From: a virus
Taxonomy: Duplodnaviria > Caudoviricetes
Reading direction: 5' to 3' (one strand)
Length of the DNA: 56,429 nt
Virus record (IMG/VR): IMGVR_UViG_3300032288_000938
Location: 1 to 56,429 of that record
Shown: positions 1 to 8,987 of the stretch, piece by piece
Position numbering within the stretch: position 1 is the first letter of the stretch
How the letters are laid out: each line of letters starts with the position of its first letter
Made by a program: the position numbers and the translations under genes
Notes under the pieces: model-generated
The model's input: only the letters and a program-made list of their open reading frames with translations
What the model was told of the DNA's origin: nothing
The model's database searches: none

Positions 1-123
1 CTCCACAGTCTCTGCAACGTCTGCCGGGACAGTCTGGGGAGCCGGATTAACCCGGAAAGAAAGAAGGGGGGCCGAAGCCCCCCTCCGGTAGATTAGGCAG
101 CGCCGGGCGAACCGAAGATGCCA
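1..123 (+). repeat. Exact direct repeat of window end (56307-56429); circular assembly overlap
   Basis: 1-123 identical to 56307-56429; it includes the 3' end of the capsid gene, so the contig closes into a 56,306-bp circle. Confidence 0.95.
56..83 (-). terminator. Intrinsic terminator after major capsid gene (copy at 56362-56389)
   Basis: Minus strand GGGGGGC-TTCG-GCCCCCC followed by TTCTTTCTTT. Confidence 0.85.
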
Positions 124-1007
124 AGCGGGTCAGACACGCCGAAGCTATAACGCTCGCGAGCCTTATAGCGGACGTTGCCTGTGTCGAAGTCACCATCCAT
201 CGAGGTGGTCATCGGTGTACGCTCGAAGTGCTTCATGCCATTCGGAACGTCGGTGATGAGGAACCACGCATCGGTGTCGGTCAGATAGTGGTTGACCGAG
301 TAGCCTTCGGGGATCGTCCCGTTGGTCTTGATGGCGTTGATGTCGTTATCGGCAGTCGCCGTGCGGAGTTCAGTCTCCAGCAGGCGGGTAGCCACGAACA
401 TCAGGCTCGGCGGAACAATCAGCTTGCGGGGCTTAGCCGCAATCAAAAGACCGCGCTGATCCTTGAAGGCAGCGATCTGAATGACCGCAGCTTCGAGGGA
501 GGTTTCGTTCAGATCAGCAGCAGTGGAAGGTGTGTTGCTGTTGTAGCCACCACCAACCAGCGGATGCTGGGTGTTGAACAGGGTAACGCCGTCGCCGGAG
601 GTGAAAGCACCGCCAGAGAAGCCGTTGTTCAGCGGATAAGCCGCCTTGACCTGTTTCGTATAGGCCATACCACGGGCCAGAGCCTTGGTATAACGAGCCG
701 AAAGGCTGTCATACAGGTTGTCTTCCATCGCTTCTTCAGTGATGGAGAAACCCATAGCAATGGTTTCGTGGTTGTAACGAGCCGTCCAAGCTTCCTGCGC
801 ATTGTCATAGGCGATGGCAGAGCCTTCAGCCTTGACAGGAGCGGCAGCAAAGCCGGAAAGCTGGACTTCTTCTTCGAAAGAACGCTCAGAAGATTCCGTT
901 TCGTAAATTGCCTCATGCTCGTTTTCGTACTTCTTGTACTCAAGGCCAAACAGAGCGTTTAGGCCGGGGAGCAGTTCTTTGAGGAGTTGTGCGCGACTAA
1001 TAGCCAT
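93..1007 (-). CDS. Major capsid protein (Mu gpT-like)
   Basis: MAISRAQLLKELLPGLNALFGLEY N-terminus and YKARERYSFG C-terminus typical of this capsid family; head-operon position; strong terminator downstream. Confidence 0.9.
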   Translation of the reverse strand: MAISRAQLLKELLPGLNALFGLEYKKYENEHEAIYETESSERSFEEEVQLSGFAAAPVKAEGSAIAYDNAQEAWTARYNHETIAMGFSITEEAMEDNLYDSLSARYTKALARGMAYTKQVKAAYPLNNGFSGGAFTSGDGVTLFNTQHPLVGGGYNSNTPSTAADLNETSLEAAVIQIAAFKDQRGLLIAAKPRKLIVPPSLMFVATRLLETELRTATADNDINAIKTNGTIPEGYSVNHYLTDTDAWFLITDVPNGMKHFERTPMTTSMDGDFDTGNVRYKARERYSFGVSDPLGIFGSPGAA

Positions 1008-1021
1008 GTTCTATGACTCCC

Positions 1022-1693
1022 TTAGAATCCGACCGGGTTCAGGTAAGCATGGCCACCAACCAACGCTGTCGTGGTTGTAGTAGTGGCAGTGCCGCTGGAC
1101 GGGGTCGTTGTGGATGTAGACACGGCGTTAGGCATGTTCCACTTAACCAAAAGGTCAGTGTAAGCATCTCCAACCGTGGAGGTTGTGCTATCCACAAAGC
1201 CAACAATGCGAAGCGGAAGCGTCGCGGTCACATCATAGCTGTTATACACAGCCGAAGTTGTGGAGTTGCCGGTCAATGTGTCGCCGCTGGCCGCGTTAAG
1301 GGCAATGTTATTGCCGAGAGCGGTCTGCGGAACGGTGCCATCGGCCTGAACCTGAAATACCACATCAGGATCATCGACGACATAAGCGTAGGCGTCAGAA
1401 GCCACTGTGCCTGTCGGCCAGTATTGCTTGTAGACGGGGATCTTCAGGTTGGGATCCGTGTAGGCGCAGCCGACAAACACGCCCACAACGCCGGAAGTAG
1501 CCGGAGTTGTGACCGAAGTTGTGACCACAGCCTTACGAAGAGTACCGTCCGAATGAATGTAGACGGGGTCTCCGTAGAAGATATTGGCCGCGTACGCCGA
1601 GGCAATCTTAATAGAGCGGGTTGAACCAGCGTAGGGCTGACCGCCAATAAGATTCACGGGACGAAGACCATAGGGGGCTGCTGTAGTAGCCAT
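1022..1693 (-). CDS. Conserved head-associated protein (possible minor capsid/decoration), Thr-rich C-terminal insert
   Basis: APYGLRPV...IFYGDPV motifs; directly upstream of capsid gene; GAGG RBS. Confidence 0.65.
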   Translation of the reverse strand: MATTAAPYGLRPVNLIGGQPYAGSTRSIKIASAYAANIFYGDPVYIHSDGTLRKAVVTTSVTTPATSGVVGVFVGCAYTDPNLKIPVYKQYWPTGTVASDAYAYVVDDPDVVFQVQADGTVPQTALGNNIALNAASGDTLTGNSTTSAVYNSYDVTATLPLRIVGFVDSTTSTVGDAYTDLLVKWNMPNAVSTSTTTPSSGTATTTTTTALVGGHAYLNPVGF

Positions 1694-1734
1694 ATGTTTC
1701 TACCTCGTTGTTGAATTTGGCGGTCAGTTGCCTG

Positions 1735-2193
1735 TTAAGGTTTCTTTCCGCCGCCGAATGTAACCCTCGTAGACTTCTCTGGTTTCATGAGAGGCATACG
1801 CGGATCGTTTTCACGCATGAAGTTGCGGTCAACTGACTCTGATTGGTTCTCCGCCATCTGTTGATAATAAGCATTACGATCATCAACAATCTCTTGCGGG
1901 GCCTTGCAGAGAAGGAGTCCACCAACTTCAATATTGTCTTGGAACTGGGAATTACGGTCGCGAAGAGCCGTAATTTCTGGATGCTCCTCAGAGCGAACTG
2001 GTTCCCATCCCTGACGGAACTTGGAGCTTACGTTGGTGTTGTCCAGATTCCCACGAGAGGAAGTGCGGACCCAACGATAGGCATAACCATCCTTCCTATT
2101 CGGTTCAGGAAGAACCGAGGGAGGAGTCCAAGTCTTCTTGCGCGAACTAGCTTCGCGGTTCTCGCTTTCGCGAGGTGTGCGCTTATCAGCCAT
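1735..2193 (-). CDS. Conserved head-module hypothetical protein
   Basis: W.PPS.LP, YRWVR, GWEPV and VGGLLLCK motifs; operon context. Confidence 0.7.
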   Translation of the reverse strand: MADKRTPRESENREASSRKKTWTPPSVLPEPNRKDGYAYRWVRTSSRGNLDNTNVSSKFRQGWEPVRSEEHPEITALRDRNSQFQDNIEVGGLLLCKAPQEIVDDRNAYYQQMAENQSESVDRNFMRENDPRMPLMKPEKSTRVTFGGGKKP

Positions 2194-2195
2194 TT

Positions 2196-3125
2196 TTATT
2201 GACCTTTCATCTTTTCGGCGGCGTATTGCTCAACCGTCAGACCGAGACGCTTAGCGAGGGCGACCTCAGTAGCCGTCAGTTTTACCTGCTTGCGCGGCTT
2301 TGCAGCACTGCTGCGTGACGCCGGGGCCACAACATTGGATGTTTGCTGACGACTCTGCCGCTCTGAACGGCTATCATCGACAGGGTCATCAAACATCTCT
2401 GGGAAACGCTTTCGCATCTCCCCATCGAGTGTCTGCCAGTATTCCTCTGTGCGAGGGTCAATACGGTCAAACACAACAATCCGGTCATGGACATGCTTGG
2501 CATAATCAGTCATCAACTGGTCACGCCCGAACCAAGTGTTTTTCTTGGCCCAGTCCACTGCCTTTGGATCAGTCGGCGGACGAACAACAGGCTCATACTG
2601 AGGCTGCCGAACTTCTTCTTCCTGCCTGTAAACAGGACGGTAGTTAACCGCACTGACCTTCTGGACGGAAAGCTCAGCAATCCGCTCTTGGGCGGCTGCA
2701 ATAGCGTCGGCATCGCCGACATCATAAGCTTCCTTAAACTTCTTGCGAGCAAGCTCAAGATCAGACTCGACCCTGCTCTTCGCGTTCTCAACAAGGATTT
2801 CCTCGCCCTTTCGCAGGGCTTCTTCCATCCTCTTTTTCTCATCCATCAGCCTCTTTGCGAGGGCTGTGGCTTCGTTAAGCTGCCGGGCCGCTTCTTCCTT
2901 AGCGCGGCGTTCCTCATGGAACTCATACCGTAGCTTCTTGATACGCTTCTGGACGCCTTCGCTGTAGTTAGCGATTTCATCGTCGTTCGGGATTTCAGGC
3001 TCTTTCCCCTCCGGGCGGCGGGGTCGGCCTTTGTCCTCTTCAGGCGTATCATCGACAATCTCGATTTCAACTTCGTTGGAATCTTCCTTGTCTAACGCGA
3101 CTTCTTTTCCGTCTTCCAGTTCCAT
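2196..3125 (-). CDS. Putative capsid scaffolding protein
   Basis: Acidic N-terminus, long coiled coil, N.WFG motif, C-terminal AKRLGLTVEQYA; between portal and capsid. Confidence 0.7.
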   Translation of the reverse strand: MELEDGKEVALDKEDSNEVEIEIVDDTPEEDKGRPRRPEGKEPEIPNDDEIANYSEGVQKRIKKLRYEFHEERRAKEEAARQLNEATALAKRLMDEKKRMEEALRKGEEILVENAKSRVESDLELARKKFKEAYDVGDADAIAAAQERIAELSVQKVSAVNYRPVYRQEEEVRQPQYEPVVRPPTDPKAVDWAKKNTWFGRDQLMTDYAKHVHDRIVVFDRIDPRTEEYWQTLDGEMRKRFPEMFDDPVDDSRSERQSRQQTSNVVAPASRSSAAKPRKQVKLTATEVALAKRLGLTVEQYAAEKMKGQ

Positions 3126-3487
3126 TATGCCCTCTCAAAGATGCTGGGATCAGTTACGATTCCCTCAACGGTGTCATCATTGATAAGACGGTACTCGCGG
3201 CCCTTGATCTTGAACCGCGTTCCCGAATAGGAACGGAAAATCACATAGTCTCCGGGCTTGCAATAAACGCCGCTAGGGAACCTAGCTTCGTCGGCATAGC
3301 AATCCGGCCCCATATCCAGAACAAGACCGATAATAGATGCAGTCTCTTCCTTTTTGCGAAGATCGTCCGGGCGAATGATGCCCCCGGCTGTCTTCTCCTG
3401 AACCTCGGGGAGAGCGATCAGGATGCGGTAGCCACTTGGTTGTGGCAGTCCTTGTGCAAGCTGGTCAATCTCAGCCTGTGTATACAT
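3125..3487 (-). CDS. groES: Co-chaperonin GroES (Cpn10) homologue
   Basis: P.GYRIL, KTAGGII, GPD, PGDYVIF..YSGT, EYRLINDD; start moved to MYTQAE from ORF 3125..3580. Confidence 0.9.
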   Translation of the reverse strand: MYTQAEIDQLAQGLPQPSGYRILIALPEVQEKTAGGIIRPDDLRKKEETASIIGLVLDMGPDCYADEARFPSGVYCKPGDYVIFRSYSGTRFKIKGREYRLINDDTVEGIVTDPSIFERA

Positions 3488-3550
3488 AAAGCGACTTTCC
3501 GGTGTCGTACCGTTGTGTTGGAGATAAGCGCGAACACAATCCCTAGCACA

Positions 3551-3559
3551 ATAATACCA
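3551..3559 (-). promoter_or_regulatory. Extended -10 promoter candidate upstream of groES
   Basis: TGGTATTAT on minus strand in intergenic DNA; similar elements at 7695, 15340, 50235. Confidence 0.4.
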
Positions 3560-3583
3560 CTCTGGGTGGCTAACCTCCAATAG

Positions 3584-3775
3584 TTAGAGGTCATCGTCCT
3601 TCAAAAGTCTCTCTTCAAGATCAAGGATATGGCGCTCAGCCTGCGCCAAACCCTCAACTTTGCCCACCATGTGCCTATACATTGCGTAATCGCTGGCACC
3701 GCCAGTGGCCATAGAATCCGCCAAATCATTAAGATCTTCGCGGATTTTCTTGCGAATTAGTTCAAATTCCTTCAC
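3584..3775 (-). CDS. Small conserved protein downstream of portal
   Basis: DY..YRHMVG...GL motif; overlaps portal stop. Confidence 0.7.
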   Translation of the reverse strand: MKEFELIRKKIREDLNDLADSMATGGASDYAMYRHMVGKVEGLAQAERHILDLEERLLKDDDL

Positions 3776-6180
3776 GAACCACCCATCAACTTGGTGCTGG
3801 CCTTAACGACCTCTGCTAACTGTTTCGCGTCAAGTTCCTTGTCCCGCACATCAACGTCTGCCATGATTTTTGCCCCGGCAATACGCTCTGCGGAATCCAG
3901 CTTTTCCTTGTCCAGCCGGAGCTTTTCAGCCGCGATCTGGGCGTCAACCATGTCCTTAGCAGCCTTGCGCTGCGACTCCTGAGCCTTGATCTGAAGCTCA
4001 GCCTGCTGCATCTGGATAAGCGGATCCTGAGCCTGAGCCTCGGCCTTCTGGGCCGCAGCCTTAGCCATGCCGTCCTGAAGAACCTTCTGGGCGGCAAGGG
4101 CTTCAACCTGAGCGAGAGTTTGCTCAACCTCTGGTGGGACCTCTTCTCCGGGTGCCGGTAGGGTGACGCCCATCTGCTGCTCAATCTTCTGGCGATACGC
4201 AAAGCCAATATGCTCAGCAATGTGGGATTGCATGGCACCCTGAATGGCACTGGCGAACTGGCTCTGCCCAACCATCTCCTGTATCCGTGGATCTTGGGCA
4301 AACGCCATATGGACTGCCAGATGTGCCTCGTGGTCTTGGTTTGCGAAGGCCATAACCTGATCCTGCTTAAGGATAGCCATGTTTTCAGACACGGGATCCA
4401 TAGGCTTGATTTCGTCCGGAAGCTTCACAATCTCATCGGCTCCCTTGATGCCCATGACTTCAAGGGCCTGCCGGTGGAGAAGCGGGGCGTTGTAAATCTG
4501 CGGGGCCTGCTGCGACATCTGGAGTGCAGCTTGGTACTGCATGAGCCGCTGAGACATGGTGGATGCGTTCGGATCAGAAACCGGGATCACATCAACGCGC
4601 TCGTCAAAATCCTCAAGACGGTTAAACTCGCCGCCGACATCATACTCGTATTCAGGACCCATGTAGTCCTTGATGATCTGAGCGATCAGCTTGAACTCTT
4701 GGTTCATGGCTGCGTGGACGCGAGCCTGCACAGCGGACATGACCTTGAGGTTGCGCTCCAGAAGGGCCAACGTCGTGCCAACGGGCGCGTTCGGGTTCAT
4801 ATCGCCAATGCTTACGTCGGCGATAGAGCCAATGCGGCGACCCTCTTCAGTCAGGGTGCCAAGGAGTTGGTAAAGAACCTGAGATGGCTCCTTATACGGT
4901 AGGAAGGTGATGCTGTCCTTAATGGCACCAGAAGCCACATCAACGTCACGGAACTCGCCCGGCATCAGAGGAGATGAATCACCCTTAATGCGCAGACCGC
5001 GAGCCTTCAGACCGGCGGGGAGGTTTGAGAGCGTACCAGCGTCGATAAGCTGCCGAAGAATAGATGTTGAGGATTTTGCAACCCCGCCAATCAAGTGAAT
5101 AAGCCCGGAGCCGTAGAAGCCAAGGCCCGGCAGATACGGGTAGTGGACAAAGTGCATACGCTTCTGGCGCAGTTCATCATCCTCGCGCCAGTTGCGGCGG
5201 ATGGCCAGAACTTTGCCAGACTGCTTTTCAATTGTGATTACATACGGAAGAGCGATGCCATCTTCGGACTCATAGCCCGGCAGATCGTAGTCAACGTGCA
5301 TCTCAAGGATCAGGTGACGGTCGTCCATATCCCAAGAGGGGTTGTCGCCATCAATCCGGTCGTACTTGTCCTGAATGCTGCTGCGCTCCGGGGTCGGCTC
5401 CGGCAAATCAATATCACGGTAAAAGCCAGACGCCATGAGCTTCTTGACTTCATTCGGATACTTACGCATCACATGAGTGTAGCGCGGGGCTGACTCAAGA
5501 TCAGAAGCGCCGTAAGGGACAATGAAGTCTTCTGCCGGTACGAAATCGGCGCGGGGAACCCGACGAACGGAGTCGTAATAAACCTTCTTGAATGCGGACC
5601 CAGCCAGAGGCTGACGGAACAGAAGCTGCTCCATTTCGGCGCGATAGCCGGGGATCTTCTGCATCACGATGTAGTTCATTTCCTCCCCAACGCGCTCAGC
5701 TTGCTTTGCGCGCTCTGGGGTCAGCTTCCCGATTACCTGTGTACGGACTGGACCTGATGCAGGCACCACTTCCATAATCGTTTGGGATTGATAACGGACG
5801 ACAGCTTCAGCGAGGATTGGGTGATAAACGCCAGAAGCGCCGGGCCACGGAATAGTCCGCTCCTCATACTTCATGCCGAGAAGGTCGAGACCTTCAATGT
5901 AGGATTTTTCCCAATCGCGACGAGATTCCTTATCTGAATTGTAGTCCCCGATCAGGTCGGACGCGATGCTGTCAAGCTCCCCTTCGTCCATAAACTCAGC
6001 AAGGTTAGCATTGAAGTCTTCTTCGTCGCCCTCAATTTCGTCGACCATTTCACCAGAAAAATCTACGACAACCCCGCCGTCCTCGGTCTCGGTTGTTTCA
6101 ATATCGGGGGGAAGCACAACTTCCATTGGCTCTTCCATCGGCAACCCGATTGGGTTTGTCAGCACTGGTTCAATAGCCAT
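3772..6180 (-). CDS. Portal protein (P22-like)
   Basis: 802 aa; PWPGASGVYHP, GSAFKKVY, YLPGLGFYG, LPYKEPS, PVGTT; follows terminase. Confidence 0.9.
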   Translation of the reverse strand: MAIEPVLTNPIGLPMEEPMEVVLPPDIETTETEDGGVVVDFSGEMVDEIEGDEEDFNANLAEFMDEGELDSIASDLIGDYNSDKESRRDWEKSYIEGLDLLGMKYEERTIPWPGASGVYHPILAEAVVRYQSQTIMEVVPASGPVRTQVIGKLTPERAKQAERVGEEMNYIVMQKIPGYRAEMEQLLFRQPLAGSAFKKVYYDSVRRVPRADFVPAEDFIVPYGASDLESAPRYTHVMRKYPNEVKKLMASGFYRDIDLPEPTPERSSIQDKYDRIDGDNPSWDMDDRHLILEMHVDYDLPGYESEDGIALPYVITIEKQSGKVLAIRRNWREDDELRQKRMHFVHYPYLPGLGFYGSGLIHLIGGVAKSSTSILRQLIDAGTLSNLPAGLKARGLRIKGDSSPLMPGEFRDVDVASGAIKDSITFLPYKEPSQVLYQLLGTLTEEGRRIGSIADVSIGDMNPNAPVGTTLALLERNLKVMSAVQARVHAAMNQEFKLIAQIIKDYMGPEYEYDVGGEFNRLEDFDERVDVIPVSDPNASTMSQRLMQYQAALQMSQQAPQIYNAPLLHRQALEVMGIKGADEIVKLPDEIKPMDPVSENMAILKQDQVMAFANQDHEAHLAVHMAFAQDPRIQEMVGQSQFASAIQGAMQSHIAEHIGFAYRQKIEQQMGVTLPAPGEEVPPEVEQTLAQVEALAAQKVLQDGMAKAAAQKAEAQAQDPLIQMQQAELQIKAQESQRKAAKDMVDAQIAAEKLRLDKEKLDSAERIAGAKIMADVDVRDKELDAKQLAEVVKASTKLMGGS

Positions 6181-6188
6181 TTGATACC

Positions 6189-7688
6189 TCAGTAATACGG
6201 TTCATTAGTGGGGAGGCGAGGTGGCACAGGATCGTCCTCCTCATCTGTGTGGATTCTTACAAAGCCGCCTTGGCGGAAGCGCAGGATAGCCTGCGAAACC
6301 GAGTCAACGTAGTCATCATGCGATCCTGCCGGGAACGCGGCGCACTCTTCGATTACTTCTTCGGCCCATCTGGTGTCTGGCACCCATACACAGCCCGATG
6401 CAAAAAGATCCGTGATTGCGTTTACACGAGCAATCTTGTCTTGTCCCCGAGAAGGGGTGAAATCCGTAACCGGAATACCAGCCGCCCGCAGTTCGAAAAT
6501 TAGCGGGGAACCCGAGGCCTTCGCTTCGATTATAACCATATCCGGTGTCCATTGGCGATAATGGTCCATGGCCACCCTCTTCAGTTCCGGAAACTCCATC
6601 TTGTCCTTGAACGCATCCAGAAGGATAATGTTCGGTATCGGGGTCCCCGACTCGTCGTTGTAAAATACGCCCCATGTTGTGCAAGCTGAATAGTCGCTCC
6701 GTTCGGTTTTCTTAAAGGCCGTATCCCACGATACAAGAATTGATTCACAAGGCGGTGGGTGATCTCTGTCCCAGATACGCCACCACTCACGCTTCAGGAG
6801 AGCGCCTTCTTCCGAAGTCGGGTCCTGCTGATACTGAGCAGACCATTTACTAATCGGCAGTTCAGCCTTAAGCTTTTCAAGCTCAGCAAGCGACCAGAAC
6901 TCAGGCCAGAGCGGCTGCCCGGACGGCATGATGGCGGGGAACTCAATAACCTCCCACTCACCAGAGCCATCGCGCTTAATGGACGAATCAATGATCTGCC
7001 CTGTCAGGTCTCGCTTTGACCACCGGGTCATAACGATGATAATGGCCCCGCCCGGCTGGAGACGCTGGCGAGGACCAGAGGTGTACCACTCAAAAACCTT
7101 ATCATACACGCTTGGGTCGAACTGGCCAAGCATGGCTTCCTGTTCCGAGTGCGGGTCGTCGATGATGAGTAGATCAGCACCCTTACCCGTAACAGCGCCA
7201 CCAACACCGATGGCGAAGTATTCGCCCCGCTTGTTGGTAGACCAGCGGCCTGCGGCCTTGCTGTCTGATTGCAGACCTATACCAGAAAACACCTTCTGGT
7301 AGTCTTCAGATCCAACAAGGTTACGAACTTTACGGCCAAATCCAGTGGCCAACTCTGCCGTGTGTGCAGTCTGAATAACCTTCTTTTCGGGGAACTTTCC
7401 CAGAAACCAAGCGGGGAGAAGGTATGAGGCAAACTCTGATTTGGTATGGCGGGGTGCCATATTGATAATCAGGCGTTTGCACTTGCCGTCCGCAACCCGC
7501 TTAAATGCGTCCGCCATAATCTGATGATGCCTGCCGCCAATAAAACCGGGCCACATCATCTTTACGAACTTCATAAAATCATCGCGAGCAGCCTCGCGGT
7601 CTCTCGCCTCGTCAAGGCGGCGCAGTAATTCCAGAATCTCCGGCTTCTCAGAGTCGGGGATTTTTGAGATAATCTCTGCGTAATCCAT
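6189..7688 (-). CDS. terL: Terminase large subunit
   Basis: Walker A variant MAPRHTKS, Walker B LLIIDDP, MTRW, nuclease SWDTA and HDDYVD. Confidence 0.95.
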   Translation of the reverse strand: MDYAEIISKIPDSEKPEILELLRRLDEARDREAARDDFMKFVKMMWPGFIGGRHHQIMADAFKRVADGKCKRLIINMAPRHTKSEFASYLLPAWFLGKFPEKKVIQTAHTAELATGFGRKVRNLVGSEDYQKVFSGIGLQSDSKAAGRWSTNKRGEYFAIGVGGAVTGKGADLLIIDDPHSEQEAMLGQFDPSVYDKVFEWYTSGPRQRLQPGGAIIIVMTRWSKRDLTGQIIDSSIKRDGSGEWEVIEFPAIMPSGQPLWPEFWSLAELEKLKAELPISKWSAQYQQDPTSEEGALLKREWWRIWDRDHPPPCESILVSWDTAFKKTERSDYSACTTWGVFYNDESGTPIPNIILLDAFKDKMEFPELKRVAMDHYRQWTPDMVIIEAKASGSPLIFELRAAGIPVTDFTPSRGQDKIARVNAITDLFASGCVWVPDTRWAEEVIEECAAFPAGSHDDYVDSVSQAILRFRQGGFVRIHTDEEDDPVPPRLPTNEPYY

Positions 7689-7694
7689 GCGAAT

Positions 7695-7703
7695 ATGATA
7701 CCA
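7695..7703 (-). promoter_or_regulatory. Extended -10 promoter candidate giving a leaderless terL mRNA
   Basis: TGGTATCAT ends 6 nt before terL ATG; no SD; upstream terminator at 7718-7754 isolates it. Confidence 0.5.
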
Positions 7704-7716
7704 CGCGGGGTTTAGA

Positions 7717-7843
7717 TAAAGAAAGACCCCCCACGGGGCGAACCATGGGAGGTCAACTAAGCAGGGACTTTCGCGTCTTCAGTGCTGGCTATGACCCAGA
7801 ATGGCATCCCTAACCCGGAGAGGACTTACTCTCTAGCCAACGG
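7717..7843 (-). ncRNA. Candidate ~125-nt structured sRNA with own promoter and terminator
   Basis: TTGACA(7871-76)-17-TAAATT promoter; stem GTTGGCTA/TAGCCAGC; GAGAG/CTCTC; AGGGAT/GTCCCT pseudoknot; terminator GACCTCCCATGG/CCGTGGGGGGTC-TTTCTTT. Confidence 0.6.
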
Positions 7844-7877
7844 GGCCAATTTAGCATCTATTGTTCAGTCTGTCAAG

Positions 7878-7952
7878 TGGTGCCGGGTGAGAGGATTGAA
7901 CTCCCGACCTTCGGTTTACAAAACCGCTGCTCTACCGCTGAGCTAACCCGGC
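7878..7952 (-). tRNA. tRNA-Thr(TGT)
   Basis: GCCGGGTTAGCTCAGCGGTAGAGC...TT-TGT-AA loop...GGGAGTTCAATCCTCTCACCCGGCACCA; cloverleaf with CCA. Confidence 0.95.
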
Positions 7953-8237
7953 GAGGGTTGGGTGCCGATTTAATTTTAAGGGCCGTCCTTAAAAGGCCCA
8001 CCGTTCGCAACCCCGCCACGATAGCGGGCATCTACTAGGCCGAGAAATCCCCTATCGGCTGGGGTAGGTCGTTACCCCTCTTTCTCTTTAACCCAAGAAG
8101 GGACGGGCTATGACCACCGCTACGCAGAAGCCATTGTCTTAAGCCATACCCCCGTCCAGTATGGCAGCATCTCCCTCATCTCTAGGCGGACAAACTTGCC
8201 GCAAGCCAGCCCGCAAGGGGATACAGAACTGGCCGGT
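7953..8237 (-). ncRNA. Candidate structured ncRNA between the two tRNAs
   Basis: At least seven hairpins and a 7-bp loop pseudoknot (GGACGGG/CCCGTCC); no credible ORF. Confidence 0.5.
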
Positions 8238-8314
<77 letters not shown>

Positions 8315-8485
8315 TGTAGGTCCGGGTGGTGAGCTTTTCACCTCGCCTGCTGGCCCGGCCCAGCGCCTCCCCTCCTGCGAACTGCTTGGCCTCTTCAGGC
8401 GGTCCCAAGCAGCCAGAGAGCAACGAACCGTTCCCCACGCTCAACCCCTGAAGGGCTTCTAGGCGGTATCGCTGGCACACTCTCG

Positions 8486-8665
8486 TCACTCCTTTGAGCG
8501 ATCCCGGTAAATCATGTGCATCATGCCATAATCCTCTCCCAAGTAAAGAGGAGCGGGGCTTCCAATTGGCTTCCAGCCATCCTTCTTCATGGCATCAACC
8601 CCGTACATTAGATCTGGGAAATTACTCCCCCATACGATCCTTGTGTCCAAGACCTTGAATGTCAT
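8486..8665 (-). CDS. 59-aa protein, DUF1737-like (not in ORF track)
   Basis: Hand translation MTFKVLDTRIVWGSNFPDLMYGVDAMKKDGWKPIGSPAP...; ATGA overlap with upstream gene. Confidence 0.65.
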   Translation of the reverse strand: MTFKVLDTRIVWGSNFPDLMYGVDAMKKDGWKPIGSPAPLYLGEDYGMMHMIYRDRSKE

Positions 8666-8931
8666 ATTGCCACCGCGATGTATGCGTAGTCTTCGTCACC
8701 AATACGCTCTTGGAAAAGCAATACAGAGCCAGTCTCATAGAACTCCCAAGCCTTTTGGGCCACCCTAAACTCAGGGTAGATCATATCACCTTTTACCATC
8801 TGTGGCATCTTGGACATTCTGTCCTTCATAAGCCAGCCACGATAGTAGCAGATCCGATGTCCCCGCTTGGCGTTTGTAGCCCAGCGGGTGAAATCTTCTG
8901 CGGTGTTGACATATTTGATACCATTAAGCAT
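8662..8931 (-). CDS. Hypothetical protein
   Basis: GGAAGGA RBS; ICYYRG and G.V.L.Q.R...Y.YIA motifs seen in alphaproteobacterial phage proteins. Confidence 0.7.
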   Translation of the reverse strand: MLNGIKYVNTAEDFTRWATNAKRGHRICYYRGWLMKDRMSKMPQMVKGDMIYPEFRVAQKAWEFYETGSVLLFQERIGDEDYAYIAVAI

Positions 8932-8987
8932 TGCTTTTCCTTCCTGCTTTAGCTATAAGAAGATAGCCAGATCAATTGGAGAAGTCA

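Noticed and set aside
228-962. Long plus-strand ORFs antisense to structural genes (also 4210-4902, 37943-38638, 48433-49398)
   Set aside because: Shadow ORFs of well-supported minus-strand genes, with no motifs or RBS
7763-7783. Hammerhead-like CTGAAGA-CGC-GAAA on the minus strand
   Set aside because: No real stem II and no correctly placed UH cleavage triplet
8180-8237. HDV-like (theta) ribozyme after the tRNA-Pro 3' end
   Set aside because: A P1-like GGCCAG/CTGGCT exists, but no P1.1 GG, canonical L3 or P2; a simple hairpin explains it
8385-8425. Twister-like GGTCCCAAGC on the plus strand
   Set aside because: Pseudoknot partners and cleavage loop missing; the sequence is one arm of the CTGCTTGG/CCAAGCAG hairpin
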